A stretch of 64,000 nucleotides of DNA from Octopus sinensis (taxonomy: Eukaryota). Location of the stretch: NCBI RefSeq assembly GCF_006345805.1, contig NC_042998.1, positions 178,188,001-178,252,000 of the forward strand, read 5' to 3'. Under the pieces are notes generated by a model. The model saw only the letters and a list, made by a program, of their open reading frames with translations. It was not told the origin of the DNA and did not search any database. Below, in pieces: positions 1-12,058 of this stretch. Every line of letters starts with the position of its first letter. The first letter of the stretch is position 1. The position numbers and the translations under genes were made by a program.

Positions 1-367
1 TACTGTTTCCCTTTTATCCTTTGATTTTTAATTCTAATGTGATAGTACTATGATCATCTTATTTTATACATTTACCGTTCAGTCACCAGTTGATAATTAT
101 CGTAGCAGTTGCAACGTTGCAATACATTTACAGTTACATATTAATCTTCAAATCAACATTTAATACATGTGCTTAATTTATATGAAATTCTTTCTCTCAT
201 TGTCTCTAATCACAACAGCGACGATGTAGGTACGTGATCACCTATTTTTTTTTACCAAACCTGATGTAATTTTATGTAGGTATATATATATATATATATA
301 ATATATGTGTGTATGTATGTATGTATGTATGTATGTATGTATGTATGTATGTATGTATGTATATATA

Positions 368-427
<60 letters not shown>

Positions 428-491
428 TATATATAATATTATTGGTGAATTGAAGAAATGGAGCTGAACGCAGATTGAACAGAAATCGTTT

Positions 492-584
492 TATTTCATT
501 CTACACGTGTTTCGAAAGGCACAATTTACCAAAATCCGATTGAATAATGGGACCATATTGTGTCTTTCTCTTCAGGAAGAAATA
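492..584 (-). ncRNA. Type I hammerhead ribozyme motif, exact inverted copy of 689-781
   Basis: Lies in the left arm of the 438-835 palindrome; identical sequence on the minus strand. Confidence 0.8.
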
Positions 585-610
585 GGAAATCCGTTGGAAA
601 ACAGTTTTGC

Positions 611-835
611 CATGGGCTCTTAGGAGCCTAGTTCGATTTGGTTTTGCTCCGCCTCTGTTCTGTTTTTGTTTTTTTCCAACGGATTTCCTATTTCTTCCTG
701 AAGAGAAAGACACAATATGGTCCCATTATTCAATCGGATTTTGGTAAATTGTGCCTTTCGAAACACGTGTAGAATGAAATAAAACGATTTCTGTTCAATC
801 TGCGTTCAGCTCCATTTCTTCAATTCACCAATAAT
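611..835 (+). mobile_element. Hammerhead-bearing repeat unit, probable Penelope-like pseudo-LTR or retrozyme fragment
   Basis: Colinear with 4629-4850 from CATGGGCTCTTA onward. It carries a hammerhead followed by AATAAA and an AT-rich tail. No RT ORF is adjacent. Confidence 0.6.
689..781 (+). ncRNA. Type I hammerhead ribozyme motif (Penelope/retrozyme-type, short stem III)
   Basis: Stem I 5' TATTTC-TTC (689-697), core CTGAAGA (698-704), stem II GAAAGACACAAT/ATTGTGCCTTTC (705-716/748-759), GAAA (760-763), stem III C-ACGT-G, cleavage triplet GTA (769-771), stem I 3' GAA-t-GAAATA (772-781). Confidence 0.85.
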
Positions 836-982
836 TTTTAATTTCAATTATCCGCACCAACGCACGGTTGCAACACCATATGGTTGTACCTCCAACCGTG
901 CTGTTTACTGCTGTGATTTTTGCTACCAGGTATCGGTTAAACTTTTGATTAATCTACTACAAGATTATTCATCTTTCTATTT

Positions 983-1114
<132 letters not shown>

Positions 1115-1439
1115 TTCTTTTGTGTCTCGGGAGAGTCATTTTCTTTTTGTGCCTTATAATGTAACACACTCACCGGTAAATTCCCACTATTTCTTATTTT
1201 ATTTCCTAAAATTTTCGTTGCGTCTTGCAACCTTTTCAATAGTCTTGACTCTGTCCGTTATTTACACTGTTTGTTTGTGCGCATAGGTGTGGGTCAGTGT
1301 ATGTGTGTGTGTTTGTATATGTATGCACCTCCGTCTCCTGTGTGTACATAGAAAATGACTCTCCCGAGACACAACAGAATATGTTTCAACACAGGAACTC
1401 ATATAAAGAATCTTGCAAACCAAATCCAAAAACGATACC

Positions 1440-1472
<33 letters not shown>

Positions 1473-1545
1473 TATATTTATGTATATATATATTATGTAT
1501 ATTGTATATATATATATGTATATATATGTATGTATATATTTTATT

Positions 1546-1595
<50 letters not shown>

Positions 1596-1819
1596 CACAC
1601 CCATATATATTATATATATATAATATATATATATATAATATATATAAATATATACATACATATATATACATATATATATATACACATATACATAATATAT
1701 ATATAATATATATACCTATACATACACACACCATATATATATATATATATATCTATTATTTATATGTATATATATGTAGATATATGTATGTATGTATATA
1801 TATATATTATATATATATA

Positions 1820-2066
1820 TACTCTTTACTCTTTACTCTTTTACTCTTTTACTCGTTTCAGTCATTTGACTGCGGCCATGCTAGAGCACCACTTTTAATC
1901 GAGCAACTCGACCCCTAGACTTATTCTTTTGTAAGTCCAGTACTTATTCTATCGGTCTCTTTTGCCGAACCGCTAAGTGACGGGGACGTAAACACACCAG
2001 CATCAGTTGTCAAGCAATGCTAGGGGGAAAACACAGACACACAAACATACACACACACACACACAA

Positions 2067-2121
<55 letters not shown>

Positions 2122-2302
2122 CATATATATGTACATATTTATACGACAGGCTTCTTTCAGTTTCCGTCTACCAAGTCCACTCACAAGGCTTTGGTCGGGC
2201 CGAGGCTATAGTAGAAGACACTTGCCCAAGGTGCCACGCAGTGGGACTGAACCCGGAACCACGAGGTTCGTAAGCAAGCTACTTACCACACAGCCACTCC
2301 TA
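1820..2302 (-). mobile_element. tRNA-derived SINE with internal (CA)n/(TA)n tract
   Basis: Minus-strand head GGAGTGGCTGTGTGGTAAG (A box) and GGTTCAGTCCC (B box). Related copies at about 34978-35345, 41400-41920, 47040-47190 and partial ones at 5650-5785 and 6615-6670. Confidence 0.85.
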
Positions 2303-2434
2303 CGTCTCTCTCTCTCTCTATATATATATATATAGTTAATCCAAACAAGAAAACACAGAAAAAAACACAGCAACGCGAGGACGTGGAACAATAAAAGTAT
2401 TATTTGACGCTCAGGAAAGAAGGGAAGGAGGGTT

Positions 2435-4320
2435 TATGAAAGGTTTGAAAATACAATTTTAAAGATGTTGATTCACTTGACAGGTTTCACGTTTTTAGAA
2501 AAAGATTGTCAAAAGTAAAATGTAAAGCTTTGTAGAAGCTTTGTTGTGTTAATGTATGTGTTTGTGTTTCCGCCGGAGGTTCGCATTTGTTTTGTGTATG
2601 TGTGATTTTGTATATCTGTATATCATATACACACAATACAATCCCAACAACCACAACAAACACACATACACACAAGCATGCACACACACAATGACACAAA
2701 TGCAAGACAGATAGACACACCCACATGTATACACACACTGCACTAACAATACAATCAAAACAAATCACTCACAAATGCAGCACACACATACACCCGGAAA
2801 CTACATAAACCATAGCCACATATATACACACACACAAACGCATACTCAGTACCAACATACACAAAACGCACATGCACACACATACATACCACCCAGATAA
2901 ACCCAACACACACGGACACACACAGAACCCCTGATATATACAACACACTTACACACACATAAACACACACATACATATGCACCTTCACACACACATACGG
3001 TTGCTGACACAAACACACCACAAGGACAATTAAAACACAAACATACTCAGACAGACACAACACACACACTCATGTACAAACACACTCACGTACATACACA
3101 TAACATCCCCACCAACACAAAACACACAAACATACACACGCACCCACGGACGCACACATACGCACACGTGAACAAACACATACACACACATGCGCACATA
3201 CAACACCCTAACAAATATTAATCACACACATACACACACACAAACGTTCTTCTTCTTCAAGCACTCCGTCGTTTACGACGATGAGGGTTCCGGTTGATCC
3301 GAATCAACGGAACAGCCTGCTCGTGAAATTAACGTGTAAGTGGCTGAGCACTCCACAGACACGTGTACCCTTAACGTAGTTCTCGGGGATATTCAGCGTG
3401 ACACAGAGAGTGACAAGGCCGGCCCTTTGAAATACAGGTACAACAGAAACATGAAGTAAGAGTGAGAGAAAGTTGTGGTGAAAGAGTACAGCAGGGATCA
3501 CCACAATCCCCTGCCGGAGCCTCGTGGAGCTTTAGGTGTTTTCGCTCAATAAACACTCACAACGCCTGGTCTGGGATTCGAAACCGCGATCCTATGACCG
3601 CGAGTCCGCTGCCCTAACCACTGGGCCATTGCGCCTCCACACACAAACGTTTACACATATACACACACCATCCTACCAAATATAAAACACACACAGACAC
3701 ATTTACACACACCACAATAAACTCTGGGACCAATCAAAAACGGCTCCCACACACAAACACAAACACATGTATATATACACACATAGGACGTACACAGACA
3801 CACACACCATTCTGACCTCGAAGACCAGTCCCAAAAACCACTGAACCATGACAGACTAACCCAGAAACAAAAAAAATCCTTTCAATTCCACATTGCTCTT
3901 CCTTCCCCCACCCAAACCAACCTCCCACACTGTCCCTTAAAATAGCAAACAAACCTTAGCTTCACACAAAATAAAAAATGCTAATACAGGTTAGTTCATC
4001 TCAAATTTTTTGTAAACTCTTAAATATATCTCCTTCTGTGTGTATATATATATACTACCAAACATGATTTTTATTGAACTTCTAATACTTTTTGTTTAAT
4101 ATTTTCTCAAATATTTCCTTGTAAACTGTTTTTAACATTTTATTATTATTATCAAACTATGTATATATGTATTTTAATACTTTAGTGACAACCGGTACTT
4201 AACACAACAAAGCTTATACAAAGCTTTACATTTTACTTTTGACAATCTCTTTCTAAAAAAGTGAAACCAGCCAATTGAAAAACATCTTTAAAATTGCATT
4301 TTCAAACCTTCTTTCATATA
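2435..4320. mobile_element. Putative non-autonomous element with ~115-bp imperfect terminal inverted repeats and CA-rich interior
   Basis: The reverse complement of about 2441-2552 matches 4199-4315 (TTAACACAACAAAGCTT...CATTTTACTTTTGACAATC...TTTTCAAACC). A SINE is nested inside. Confidence 0.5.
3249..3637 (-). mobile_element. Full-length tRNA-derived SINE (second family) with target-site duplication
   Basis: Head GTGGAGGCGCAATGGCCCAGTGGTTAGGG...GGTTTCGAATCCC on the minus strand, (AAG)n tail, and CACACACAAACGTT on both sides (3235-3248, 3638-3651). Sister copies at 57320-57690 and 50275-50575. Confidence 0.85.
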
Positions 4321-4377
4321 TATTTTCACTCATGCGGTACCTTACAACTTCACTTGTAAGGTATATATATATATATT

Positions 4378-4422
<45 letters not shown>

Positions 4423-4628
4423 TATATATATTTCAACAATTGAGGGTAAAATTAATTATTATTAATCAATTTCACAAGTATTCAGTATGTAAAGGGACCA
4501 TTTTAGGCGAATTCAAAATATTACATTATATATAAGGGCTTAGTAAAATAAATTACTTTGCCACATATATATATTTGTTGAAATGGAAAGATGAATTATC
4601 TTGTTACGGATCATTCAAAAGTTTACCC

Positions 4629-4850
4629 ATGGGCTCTTAAGGAGCGTCCTCGTTCGAATTGCTTTGCTGCGCCTCTGTTTTGTTTTGTTCTGACAACGTA
4701 ATTCCTGGTTTTTCCTGAAGAGAAAGCTGCAATATGGTATCCTTATTTAATCAGAATTTGGAAAATTGTGGCCTTTGAAACATGTGTAGAATGTAATAAA
4801 AGGAATTCTGTACAATCTTCGTTCAACTCCATTTCTTCCTTCATTCATTA
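4629..4850 (+). mobile_element. Second, diverged copy of the hammerhead-bearing repeat unit
   Basis: Colinear with 611-835 with many substitutions; ends in (TA)n at the assembly gap. Confidence 0.65.
4712..4791 (+). ncRNA. Type I hammerhead ribozyme motif (diverged family member)
   Basis: TTC-CTGAAGA (4715-4721), stem II GAAAGCTGCAAT/ATTGTGGCCTTT, GAAA (4777-4780), C-ATGT-G, GTA (4786-4788), then GAA. Stem II substitutions relative to 689-781 mostly keep pairing (C-G, U.G, G.U). Confidence 0.7.
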
Positions 4851-4857
4851 TATATAT

Positions 4858-4957
4858 NNNNNNNNNNNNNNNNNNNNNNNNNNNNNNNNNNNNNNNNNNN
4901 NNNNNNNNNNNNNNNNNNNNNNNNNNNNNNNNNNNNNNNNNNNNNNNNNNNNNNNNN
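4858..4957. other. Assembly gap (100 N)
   Basis: Run of exactly 100 N, typical of an unsized scaffold gap. Confidence 0.99.
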
Positions 4958-5149
4958 TTGGAAACGGATCTTCTGTGGTTGCTTCGGAGCTATTTTAGCA
5001 CTAGAGTTATCCACATAGTGGATGACTCTCTAATAATTTATGTATAAATTGTATTTCCTCCGTATTTTTTGTGCTAAGCCACTTGGTGTTAAATTGACGG
5101 TATTATTAAATTAATATCGATTTTTCACCCTCATTTATAATTTTATATA

Positions 5150-5395
5150 TATATTATATATGTTATATACATATATATGGTATGTATATGTACGTGCAAA
5201 TACATATAATTTTACACAGTATTTTTTGCTTTATATGTATATGCTGATATATATATATATATTATATATATAATATATATATATATATTATATATATATA
5301 TATATATATGTTATATACATATATATGGTATGTATATGTACGTGCAAATACATATAAATTTTACACAGTATTTTTTGCTTTATATGTATATGCTG

Positions 5396-5459
<64 letters not shown>

Positions 5460-5510
5460 GTTATATACATATATATGGTATGTATATGTACGTGCAAATA
5501 CATATATCAT
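5150..5510. repeat. Tandem duplication of a ~95-bp unit (two full copies, one partial) separated by (TA)n
   Basis: TATGTTATATACATATATATGGTATGTATATGTACGTGCAAATACAT occurs three times, at about 5158, 5307 and 5457. Confidence 0.85.
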
Positions 5511-5790
5511 ATGACATATATGTCGTATGCATGCATGTGTGCGTGTACGCGTGTGTGTGCATATGCATATATGTACATCTGATAAAAATATATATGCATA
5601 TGTATGTATGTATGCATGTATGTATGTATGCATGTGTATTTTGTTTTTATTTTATTTTTTTACTGCGACCATGCTAGAGCAACGCCCTGAAGAAATTTTA
5701 GCTGAATGAATCATCGCCCCAGTACTTTTATTTATTTATTTTTAAGTCCTGCCACTTACTCTATCGGTCTCTTTTGCCAAACGTATGTAA

Positions 5791-5821
<31 letters not shown>

Positions 5822-6682
5822 AGTAGGTAAATGTATATGTAACTGATAAATAAGTAGATAGATAGGTACATAGGTAATATGAACAGACAAGCACACACAC
5901 ATATACACAAAGAAGAATGAAACACATGACCATATACACACACACACGCACACACGCACACACACACACACACAAGGACACATGGAGATACACATCCATA
6001 CATAACAGACACATGTACATAGTCACACATGGCCATACACATAGACACTCAAACATGCACACACAAGGAGACAGAGGAACACACATAAATACACAAACAC
6101 ACACATACACACAAACACATACATACACACAAACACACAAACATGAACACGCAAAGACATGAATATGCAGAATACATACATACAAACGCACACACACGCA
6201 TACATATATATATATACACACATACACATACATACACACATACATACATACATTCATACATACATACATATGTGTATGCACATACACACTGACGCACATA
6301 CATGCGCACAAACAGACAAACAAACAAACAAACAAAAAGAACACAGCTCCAATAACGGACAGAGTCAACGACTACTGAAGAGGTTGCAAGAAGCAACAAA
6401 AATTTTAGAAAAAAAAAGTGAGTGGAAATTAAAACAGAATGATTCTTCCCAGACACAATAAAATAGGCTTCAACACACAAATTCACATAAAGAATCTTGC
6501 AAACCTAATACAAAAACGAAATATGTATGTATGTGTGTGTGTGTGTGTGTATATATGTGTGTGTGTGTGTGTGTGTGTGCGCGTGCGAGTGTGTGTGTGT
6601 ATGTATATATGTATACATACTCTTTTACTCGTTTCAGCCATGCGGCTGTGGCCATGCTGGAGCACCACCATGGTCTTTCTGA

Positions 6683-7910
6683 CTTCCTCAGTCTGGGTGT
6701 TTCACATCACCACTCCTGTATGTGCCTTTGCCTCAGCTGTTGGAACATTTGGCGTAGAAGGGAGTTTGATTCTGCTGGCCTCGACTGTACCTCATCTCGG
6801 TATTGTGGAGAGGATGATGTCTAAATCCTTTCTGAAAATATCTGCTTCCAGCTTATGAAAATTTCATAATTTTTGTGGCAAGGCATTGAAGAGCTGTGGG
6901 CCTTTGAAACCTAGACTATTGCAGTACCTGGTACTGAATTTAGATGGAGTGGATGGTACCATTGGTACAATACAATAGCGGCCGGTTCTAGCATTTGTAT
7001 AACATTCAATGCCAAAGTGAGGTACAAGCCCTTCTAGGGATTTTCCATATGTATATTATTGCATATCTCTCATGCCTTCGCTCCAGGGAGTAAAGCTATC
7101 CCCGTAGCTGCACTATTACAATCCTTTTAGTGCAGTGGCGTTGGACTACTTCAAGCTCCGCTGTTAGTTTGGCACTATGTGGTGACCATAACTGGGAGCA
7201 GTGATCCAGGCGGCTGAGAACGAAGGTCCTCCACAGGGTCAATATAGTTTTTTGATCTCTTGTCTTGAAGGATTTCAGTATCCATCCTGCCAATTGTCAG
7301 CACTTTGCTTCCCTCTTGCTAATGTGCATATAATATGATGCGTCATTGCAAATGCTGATCCCCAATTCTTTCACTGCCGGTGACTCTGGGATTGTAGTGC
7401 CTTCGGGTCCTGTATATATAGACTGTACTGTAATTGTGAGTTGAATGTGCAGTGATTGAATTTTTCCAGCATTAAACAGCATGTTGTTTATTTCGGCTGC
7501 TTGTATATTGAATTTAGGTCCTGCTGTAAGCTTGTGACATCATCTTGGTTTTTGTTGCCTGTAATAATTTTGTATCGTCGGCATAGCTAGTGACAACGGT
7601 TGTCCAGTGACCGTGGACATGTCTAAGAGGGCCATTATAAACATTAATGGCCCCAGAACAGTTCCTCGAGGGACGCCACTTAGGTTTTGAGTTTCCTCAA
7701 AAAGGGCACCATTGGCTGCAACTACCTGACTTCTGTTTTTAAGGAAGTCATGCAGCCACTCTCCCAGTTTACCAGCAACGCCAAGGTCTTGTAGCTTATG
7801 ACTTATCATGACATGATCTATCTTAAATGCCTTTGCGAAGTCAATGTGTATCACACTGACATCTGAATGCTCAAGCAGTTGTTTCAAAACCCAGTCATAG
7901 TGCTGTAGGA
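6683..7910 (-). mobile_element. Degraded CR1/L2-group LINE reverse-transcriptase 3' fragment
   Basis: Broken minus-strand ORFs contain HIDFAKAF, GVPRGTVLGPLMF, RLDHCSQLWSP and LEVVQRHCTKRI. Confidence 0.85.
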
Positions 7911-7923
7911 ACTGTATATATAT

Positions 7924-7998
<75 letters not shown>

Positions 7999-8389
7999 CA
8001 GTGCTTCAGGTATTGAATTAACCCCGAAATTGGGACCAATACGGTAATAACGGATTTTTTAGAAATTTCTATCGGTTTGTTCGAAACGCATAAATTATAA
8101 TGGTTATATGACAATTTTTTTTTTTTATTCGGCATATTTGGCATTAGAATTTTTCTTTTGCCCTTATCTTGTAATTATTTATAAATTTAAACCTTTAAAG
8201 GTATTTTTGATATTGGCCATTGATAAAATTTTTTTCCCGAAAAAATTTTATCCTACAGTAGTCATATATATAGTGTGGGGGGGGCGTGTGTGTGTGTGTG
8301 TGTATGTGTGTACAGGATACGGTGAATATATTGTCGTCTAAAATACGCAAAAATGAAAATAACACTGACATCTCATTTTAACATATATT

Positions 8390-9198
8390 TACCGAAGCAA
8401 CATAAAAATATCTTGCATTACTAAAGAGTACATTTATTCAATAAAATCGCCATTGGCTTCAGCCATGACTTCCAGACGACTTCGGGATCTCCTGCAATTC
8501 TTCTGGACTGTATCCTTGTTTAAGTTGGTGAATGCTGCCATAATCCTTGCCTTCAGTTCATCTTTAGTGTTACAAGGAGTTTTGTTGGTCTCTTGTTCAA
8601 CTACAACCCACACATAATAATCAAGGAGGTTGCAAGTCTTGGGAGTTAGGTGGCCAGATTTTAGGGGTGATATAGTTGTAGAAATTGTCTAACAGCCATG
8701 ACTGGGTTCTCCTGTGTGGTATGGTGTAGAGTCCTCTTGCCAGACATAAGGTCTTCCAGCAGCCACCCTCTTGACTCAGAGCAGCACTACTTCCTCCAGG
8801 CACATGATGTAGGCTTCCGTGTTGAGAGTGAGGCCATGTGGGAAGATGCATGACGGCTAAACATTGCCATCACTAGTGATCACTCCAAAACCATGATGTA
8901 GACTGGATGTTTGATCTTTGTCACTCTTGGTACATGTTCTCAGATTGCACTGTCCTCAAATTGACAGCCAAAACACTCTGAAATGTCCGTACTGGAGTTC
9001 CCGGCGCAAATGCCAAGCAGTACAGCATGTCGTTTCCAAATTTCTGGTAGAGTGAATTGCGCCATGGTGCTGCTTTCCTCACACACGGTGCCCAACTGAC
9101 CCTACTATACCATGTAGTCGACAAAATCAAAAACAAACATGTCGCATGCGCGAAATTAAAAATATAAACTAGTGACATTTCACCCATTGCACCCTGTA
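8390..9198 (-). mobile_element. Internally deleted Tc1-like DNA transposon
   Basis: WPPNSQDL motif (WPPNSPDLNP consensus) in ORF 8621-8851. The terminus reads TA-CAGGGTGCAATGGGTG on the minus strand at 9198. Confidence 0.7.
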
Positions 9199-9265
9199 TA
9201 TATGTATATGTGTGTGTGCATGTATGCATGTATGCAATAATATAATATATATCATAAATACATAC

Positions 9266-9312
<47 letters not shown>

Positions 9313-10429
9313 TGTATGTGTGTGGTTGCGTCTGTGCCAGTGTGTGTGTGTGTGTGTGGAGTGTACATGATAATATGTGATATTAAAGTAATAGATAGAT
9401 TCTTGTATTAATTCTCCTGCTATTGCTGCTGTCACTCTCTATTCGTGGTTTAGATGCCTCCGACTGCATTAAATAAAAATACTCCTCGAAAATTATGAAA
9501 ATTATTACAAGATACACGTTCGCACTTAACTGATAAAGAACACCACATTTAAAGAAAGAACTCGATGCATTTCAAAGCGTAAAATATTTATGTATGTTTT
9601 TTTTTATCGACTTATCACTAAATTTATTGCTTTGCCATTTTAAATGAATTTCAACTGATTTTTTAGTAATACTATACAATACTTATATGAATCACTAGAA
9701 AGCACAACAAGTGAGCTATTCATGTTACCGAATTTTACCATAAAAGCGAGGTTTACTACCCGTTTCTATATAAGATGAACTGATGAAAATATATATATGC
9801 AAAGAATGATAGAAAAGATATGAGAAAGAAAAACTAGAAATTCTGATTGAAAGGAAAAAGATTTGGATCTTTTCTGTTGCTGTCACAATTTTCTATTTTT
9901 TTAAATTTTGTTTCAATCGCATTTATTGACGTATAAAATATTTTACAATAACTTTTAATACGAGCAATTTCGGATTATTTTTTGTGCCTGTCATGGTTTT
10001 CTTTTTTTTTTTAATTATGTTCTAATTGCTTTCAAATTTGGTGTATTGATGTAGTTTTGAATGCTAATTATGGAGATGAAATACATTTTTGCCATAAATT
10101 AAAAAATTAAAAAAGATAATAGCTTCAAATTTTGGGAAATTTAAGCTGCCGGTTCCATAGTAACTAGCCAAGCTGCTGTCTTCTTAACACTAGAAACACA
10201 TATATTTTTCTTTACCCATCGATTTTCTTTGCCGAGTGCCTATTTTCTGAACGTTTGTACTACCTCGTTTTTGTCATTTTCACCTGTTTTTTTTTTTGTT
10301 TTTTTGAGAAACGGATATTTTCGGTTACTGTCTTGTCACTCTTCATTTTCATAATTGTGAACTGCGTATTTTCTTAGACCTTTTCAACCTAGGTAGAAGT
10401 ATGACCGCAGCCAACTCGTTTAACCTTTC

Positions 10430-10960
10430 GAATATGATGCAAAAATTGAAAGCAATTAGAATGCAGTTTCATACTTGCAAGAGACGAGTGTTATACCTAA
10501 AAGAAAATTATGTACAAAGAGACACTAAATGAAGAAAATGCTTAGCGAGTAAATTTTCTGACTGTCCTCCCGAAAAGAGGCAAGGAGTGTGTGTATGTCA
10601 AAAAAGATACACGGTTGGAAGGTGGCTGTATTGCTTTTTTCCATTTGCTCATGGGTCAAGGAATTGACTTAAGTTCAGTTTTGTGTTGAAGAACTGAGGA
10701 CGAGCCACTGCACAGTTGTTGATTACAAGAGCTATGTTCATGAAATATGTGCGGAGGACCTGCTCCGAAACCCAGTTCAGATAGGTGGTCCGGTCCTGGG
10801 AAGACTTTTGTGAGAGACGAAACTGTTTTCTCAAAACGTAAATACAACCGCGGAATGTTACTACCTGAGTAGTATGTTTACATAAAAGTTGTCTCGAGAG
10901 CGTTTTGTGCGTAAGCACTTATCGAACTGACAGACGTTAACGCACGAAACTCTCAGCCCT
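10430..10960 (+). mobile_element. Degraded Merlin (IS1016/ISXO2-like) transposase fragment
   Basis: About 10782-10880 reads, across a frameshift, IGGP..GKTFVRDETVFSKRKYNRGMLLPE, resembling the IGGPG..VEIDES.F.KRKY.RG motif. Confidence 0.6.
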
Positions 10961-10997
10961 TGAATCACTTTGTTGCTTTTTCTATTCTTCTAAATAT

Positions 10998-11064
<67 letters not shown>

Positions 11065-11079
11065 CTTTATTGCCCACAG

Positions 11080-11290
11080 GGGGCAAAAACATAGAAGGAA
11101 TAAACAAATACAAAGGGATTAAGTCGATTACATCGATCCCCAATGCGTAACTGGTACTTATTTAATTGATTCCGAATGGATGAAAGGCAAAGTCGACATC
11201 GGTGGGATTTGAACTCAGGACATAACGGCAGACAAAATGCTGTTAAGCATTTCGTCCGGCATTCTAATAATTCTGCCAGCTCGCCGCCCT
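11080..11290 (-). mobile_element. tRNA-derived SINE (same family as 18687-19133)
   Basis: Reverse complement matches the GGCGGCGAGCTGGCAGAA...GAGTTCAAAT...GTCGAC...TAAGTACCAG family. Confidence 0.75.
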
Positions 11291-12058
11291 AGTATGTATG
11301 TATGTATGTATGTATGTATGTATGTATGTATGTATGTATAATATATATTATTTTATTCTTTTATATGTTTCAGCCCTGAGGCTGCGGCCAAGCTGGGGCA
11401 CCGCCATTGTAATCACCTTTTAATTTACCAGTTCTATGGGGTTGGGTTCTGGTGAAGGAGGGAGTTCGATATCGCTGCTCTCTTTTGAGTTTCCTGCCTT
11501 GATATTGGCTCATCTGGGATCTTGGATAGTAAGATGTCAAGTTGTTTCTTGAAAACATCTACTCCCACTCCATGGAGGTCCCTCATTTCAAATCATCTTG
11601 GTTTAATAGCCCTCACCGTTTGTTTTTACTGTTTTGTTCTTACTGCCCTGTTTTTGTTACCACTTTAACCCTCTGCAAAAAATCCTAAAGTTTATTTAAT
11701 TTGCTTTGCGGGAAGAACTGTTTTAACAAAGTCGCGTCTTGTCCCTACCTTCGAAACACGGAGTAGATAAATCAGGGGGAAACTGATGAAGGGAATATTC
11801 TTTATATTGCCTGCCTCGTTTCTCTATTTGCTTCTTTCGTTGTTCGAAAAAAGTTCGTTTTCTATGTTTTTGTTTTTTATGTTCTCGTTTCTCATTTTGC
11901 TGACGTTTTTTGATGTTCTGTACCCATATATGTATGTATATATACATATAGATGTACGTATGTACATATATGTATGCATATATGCATATTTATATATCAT
12001 TTATTTCATTATATGATCGAACGCCACGCATCCATTTTCAAGTAAGTTATATATATAT

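Larger units (their letters stand above)
438..835. repeat. Perfect inverted repeat, 164-bp arms (438-601 and 672-835) with a 70-bp spacer
   Basis: The reverse complement of 672-835 equals 438-601 base for base by manual comparison. The left arm abuts a (TA)n tract. Confidence 0.95.

Noticed and set aside
11745-11800. Hammerhead-like words GAAAC...GTA and CTGATGA close together
   Set aside because: The order would need a type II topology, but stem I cannot pair next to CUGAUGA and stem II is out of register. At best a decayed or rearranged relic.
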